Assembly: GCA_030603495.1 (NCBI GenBank)
Contig: JAUVXR010000001.1
Span: 4,993 to 68,992, forward strand
Length of the DNA: 64,000 nucleotides
Source: a bacterium
Lineage (GTDB): Bacteria; Armatimonadota; Zipacnadia; Zipacnadales; Zipacnadaceae
Direction: 5' to 3'
The notes below the pieces were generated by a model. The model saw only the letters and a list, made by a program, of their open reading frames with translations. It ran no database searches and had not been told where the DNA came from. Below, one piece after another: positions 61,601-64,000 of the stretch (the stretch's first letter is position 1; each line of letters opens with the position of its first letter). The translations under genes and the position numbers were made by a program.

Positions 61601-64000
61601 ATGCACAAGCGGCATTTGTGGATAGACGTACGGGGAGCCAGTCTGTACTGGCCGGCTGCCGGCAACGTGGACGTATCGGCCACGGGAAAGGGCACGATAG
61701 CCTACTGGGCTAAAGCACCCACCCATTTCCAGTACCGCCGCGAGCAGTACTTCTGGCGCGCCTGGGTGAACGACAACAACTACGTGGGCAACCGTGGCCG
61801 GGGTATCCAAGTTGTCAGCGATGGCACCCCCTATTACTCCGGCACGATCAGTGACAATATTGCCGAGGAGGACCGCGGTCAACCCGAGTTCCACGTGTTC
61901 ACTTGGGATTTCGAGGCAGGGGTCATAAAGGCCTACTACAACGACGCCGTTGCGGCACACGACCCGGTCACCGGCGTACCCGCACCGTACGGCAGCCCCG
62001 TGGGCATCTATCTGGGGGCCGATTACGCTGCGGACTGGGCCAGCGTGCCCGTCTGGACCCAGTCCGCCCGCGATCAGTTGTTCTACGTGCTGGGCATCTG
62101 GGACGAGGTGATGTCGGAGACGCAGATTTCGGCGCTCTACCAGAAGGGCCACCGCACTTACATCTGCCAGCCCGCCGATGGCCCTGGCAATCTCACCTTC
62201 CGGCTGAAGTTCGATAACGGTCTAGCGGCGGACATCGCTGAAGGCGAGGGCGACTGGGCGCAGGACGAGGGCACGAGCACGGACCGGTTTTGCCTGATCG
62301 AAGACGGTATCCGGACATTGGGTACGGCGATATATCCGATAGGAATACCCCGCCACGATGCCAGCGATGACGACCGTAAGCCGCTGCACGCGATCTGTCC
62401 GGTCTTCTACGACACTAGCAGCAGGCGAGCCCACACCACTGATACCAACGAAACCAACTATGCCCGGCTGGTGCTGGACGGATTGGACCAGAAAAAGGGC
62501 GGCGCGGGGTACAAGCCCGTGCCCAACCCGGGGACCTATCGGCAATTAATCCACGTTCCCGACAACGGGGTAACCCCTGCGGGCTACGAGATGGGGATCG
62601 GCCCTATCGCCTATATCCACCATCCGTTCGCCGGCTCCGGGGTCTTCGACTGGGGGAGTGGTCGCAGTTTCGAGGTGGTTAGTGACGGCGCCAACTCTCC
62701 CAGCAGCTTCAAGACCAACCTGGGCGACTTCGCCGATGACTACTGGAACGGTGCGGTACTGACCTTCCTGAGCGGGAACTGCACTGGCCGACGGCTCTTC
62801 GTGACCGATTGGGACAACACCACCAAGTTCATAACAGTTGAAAGCGCTCTTCCCGCGACGCCTGATGCCGATAGCATTGCGGTAGTCAACCCCTACTCGC
62901 GGATATGCGGCCAGAACGACGATCAGACGTTCCCCCAGTATTGTATCGAGGCCAGTCTCTGGGCGCGCCACGACAGCGCGCGGCATTTCGTGCTGCTCGA
63001 ATGGCAAGTGGCGCCGCTGACCACGCCAACTCTCCGCTACGAAAAGGGGCGAACGGTCACAGTGCCCGGATGTCCTCAGGCGCAAGCGGGCCGCGGCTCC
63101 AACTACGGGACGTGGTACTGGGACGACGGCTACTACGATCAGCCGGGGGGCACTAACCTGGAGATCTGGCTGGAGAAGGTGGAGATCGGTGGCCCCCAGA
63201 CTTACCAGATATTGCGGCGCGATGCCCGCAAGCACGGCCCGGCCTTGGCCGACAACTTTATGCTAATGACCCGCGACAGCGACGGTAACCCCGGAGAGTC
63301 GGTGAAGGTCTGGCACCAGCAGAAGATGGCCTGGCACAAGCAACGGCCAACCAAGATCACCGACTACCAGACCGTCACCGCCGATCTCCAGGCACCAGGG
63401 ACGTGGCGGCATACCACGGGCGCACCTATACCGATTGACTACGACGAAGAAAACGAGGTGGTTACCGCCGCCCTCTCGGGCGTGGACTCTGGCGGCGTCA
63501 CGCGCCTGGGCTACATCCAGGGCCATTGGGATGAACAGAGTGGGCGGATTGCCTGGGCAGATGAGACACCGCCGCCGGGCAAGTCCAACCCGGTGCTGGA
63601 GACCTCGACCCTGCGCTTCGAACGGGAGTCGGACTCACCTGAGTCTGGCGTGTGGGTTGGCGGCGTCATCGAGGCGATTGACGGCACCTGGTCGTTGATC
63701 TACGGGGGCGGGACCGATGCTGCTGACGAGACCGGGATGTATGTGCTCCACGGCGCGCCGGACCGCTGGTCCTTTGATCACGCCAGCCAGTTCGCTGGCG
63801 AGATCGTTACCAAGGGTGGCAAGGGCACCGATCTGCTCATGCCGTGGGGTAGCGGCATCCAGCCGTGGGGCAACGCCCACATCTACGGACCAGTGCTGAA
63901 CAACCCCTATGCCCAGGCCACCGATCGGCAATACCTGGCATTCATGAGTGCCAAGACCATCTGCCACAACGGCACGGTCTGGAACGACACCCTGCGGCCA
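61601..64000 (+). CDS. large structural-type protein, 5' partial within the window (at least 800 codons, runs off the end); possibly tail-fibre or lectin-like
   Basis: ATG at 61601 is preceded by AGGAG 10 nt upstream. The frame was read codon-by-codon to position 64000 with no stop. The protein is W/Y/G/D/T-rich and beta-like (YWAKAPTHFQYRREQYFWRAWVNDNNYVGNRGRGIQVVSDGTPYYSGTISDN). It is missing from the ORF track because it has no in-window stop. Minus-strand ORFs 61421-62152, 62546-63235 and 63635-63967 are antisense artefacts. Confidence 0.6.
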   Translation, partial: MHKRHLWIDVRGASLYWPAAGNVDVSATGKGTIAYWAKAPTHFQYRREQYFWRAWVNDNNYVGNRGRGIQVVSDGTPYYSGTISDNIAEEDRGQPEFHVFTWDFEAGVIKAYYNDAVAAHDPVTGVPAPYGSPVGIYLGADYAADWASVPVWTQSARDQLFYVLGIWDEVMSETQISALYQKGHRTYICQPADGPGNLTFRLKFDNGLAADIAEGEGDWAQDEGTSTDRFCLIEDGIRTLGTAIYPIGIPRHDASDDDRKPLHAICPVFYDTSSRRAHTTDTNETNYARLVLDGLDQKKGGAGYKPVPNPGTYRQLIHVPDNGVTPAGYEMGIGPIAYIHHPFAGSGVFDWGSGRSFEVVSDGANSPSSFKTNLGDFADDYWNGAVLTFLSGNCTGRRLFVTDWDNTTKFITVESALPATPDADSIAVVNPYSRICGQNDDQTFPQYCIEASLWARHDSARHFVLLEWQVAPLTTPTLRYEKGRTVTVPGCPQAQAGRGSNYGTWYWDDGYYDQPGGTNLEIWLEKVEIGGPQTYQILRRDARKHGPALADNFMLMTRDSDGNPGESVKVWHQQKMAWHKQRPTKITDYQTVTADLQAPGTWRHTTGAPIPIDYDEENEVVTAALSGVDSGGVTRLGYIQGHWDEQSGRIAWADETPPPGKSNPVLETSTLRFERESDSPESGVWVGGVIEAIDGTWSLIYGGGTDAADETGMYVLHGAPDRWSFDHASQFAGEIVTKGGKGTDLLMPWGSGIQPWGNAHIYGPVLNNPYAQATDRQYLAFMSAKTICHNGTVWNDTLRP

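Noticed and set aside
61421-63967. Minus-strand ORFs 61421-62152, 62546-63235 and 63635-63967
   Set aside because: They are antisense to a continuous open plus-strand frame of at least 800 codons in a consistent phage structural context. Their compositions are G/A/V/R-biased.

Overview
This 64 kb window is high-GC bacterial chromosomal DNA, anchored by a type-A RNase P RNA (rnpB) gene on the minus strand at about 50.84-51.36 kb. Almost everything else looks accessory or horizontally acquired. There are three tyrosine recombinases (7.1-8.3, 20.0-21.3 and 49.7-50.7 kb). The third sits directly at the rnpB 3' end, which suggests an island integrated at rnpB and extending leftward. From 0 to 50.7 kb nearly all genes are on the minus strand, in several operons.

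- 0.25-6.4 kb: a LytTR-family response regulator followed by four signal-peptide proteins, the last a 972-aa beta-rich protein with carboxypeptidase-regulatory-like domains.
- 8.3-16.5 kb: an operon encoding a FtsK/HerA-like ATPase with a C-terminal wHTH and nuclease-like domain, a Cys-rich membrane protein, a ThiF/MoeB (E1-like) adenylyltransferase, two tandem paralogous small proteins sharing a C-terminal N-x-F-x-Y-D tail, a polytopic membrane protein and a vWA lipoprotein.
- 22.3-29.4 kb: a second operon with a paralogous HerA-like ATPase, a MoxR-type AAA+ ATPase and a metallopeptidase(HExxH)-vWA protein.
- 29.4-31.3 kb: a low-complexity, repeat-rich non-coding junction with iteron-like tandem repeats, a roughly 70-bp duplicated module and GC hairpins.
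- 33.7-48.6 kb: three phosphoribosyltransferase (PRTase)-fold proteins, two of them paralogous with Cys-rich C-terminal domains and one fused to a restriction-endonuclease-like domain, together with pyrE/pyrF-like genes, two paralogous CN-hydrolase-like proteins and a 1254-aa SMC/SbcC-like ATPase.
- 51.5-64 kb (plus strand, right of rnpB): a phage-like head module (GHKL ATPase, small and large terminase, portal, prohead protease, HK97-like capsid) with two glycosyltransferases interleaved. It ends in a long ORF of at least 800 codons that runs off the window and is missing from the ORF track.

No CRISPR array or tRNA was found. Many ORFs in the track are antisense or alternative-frame artefacts of high GC.
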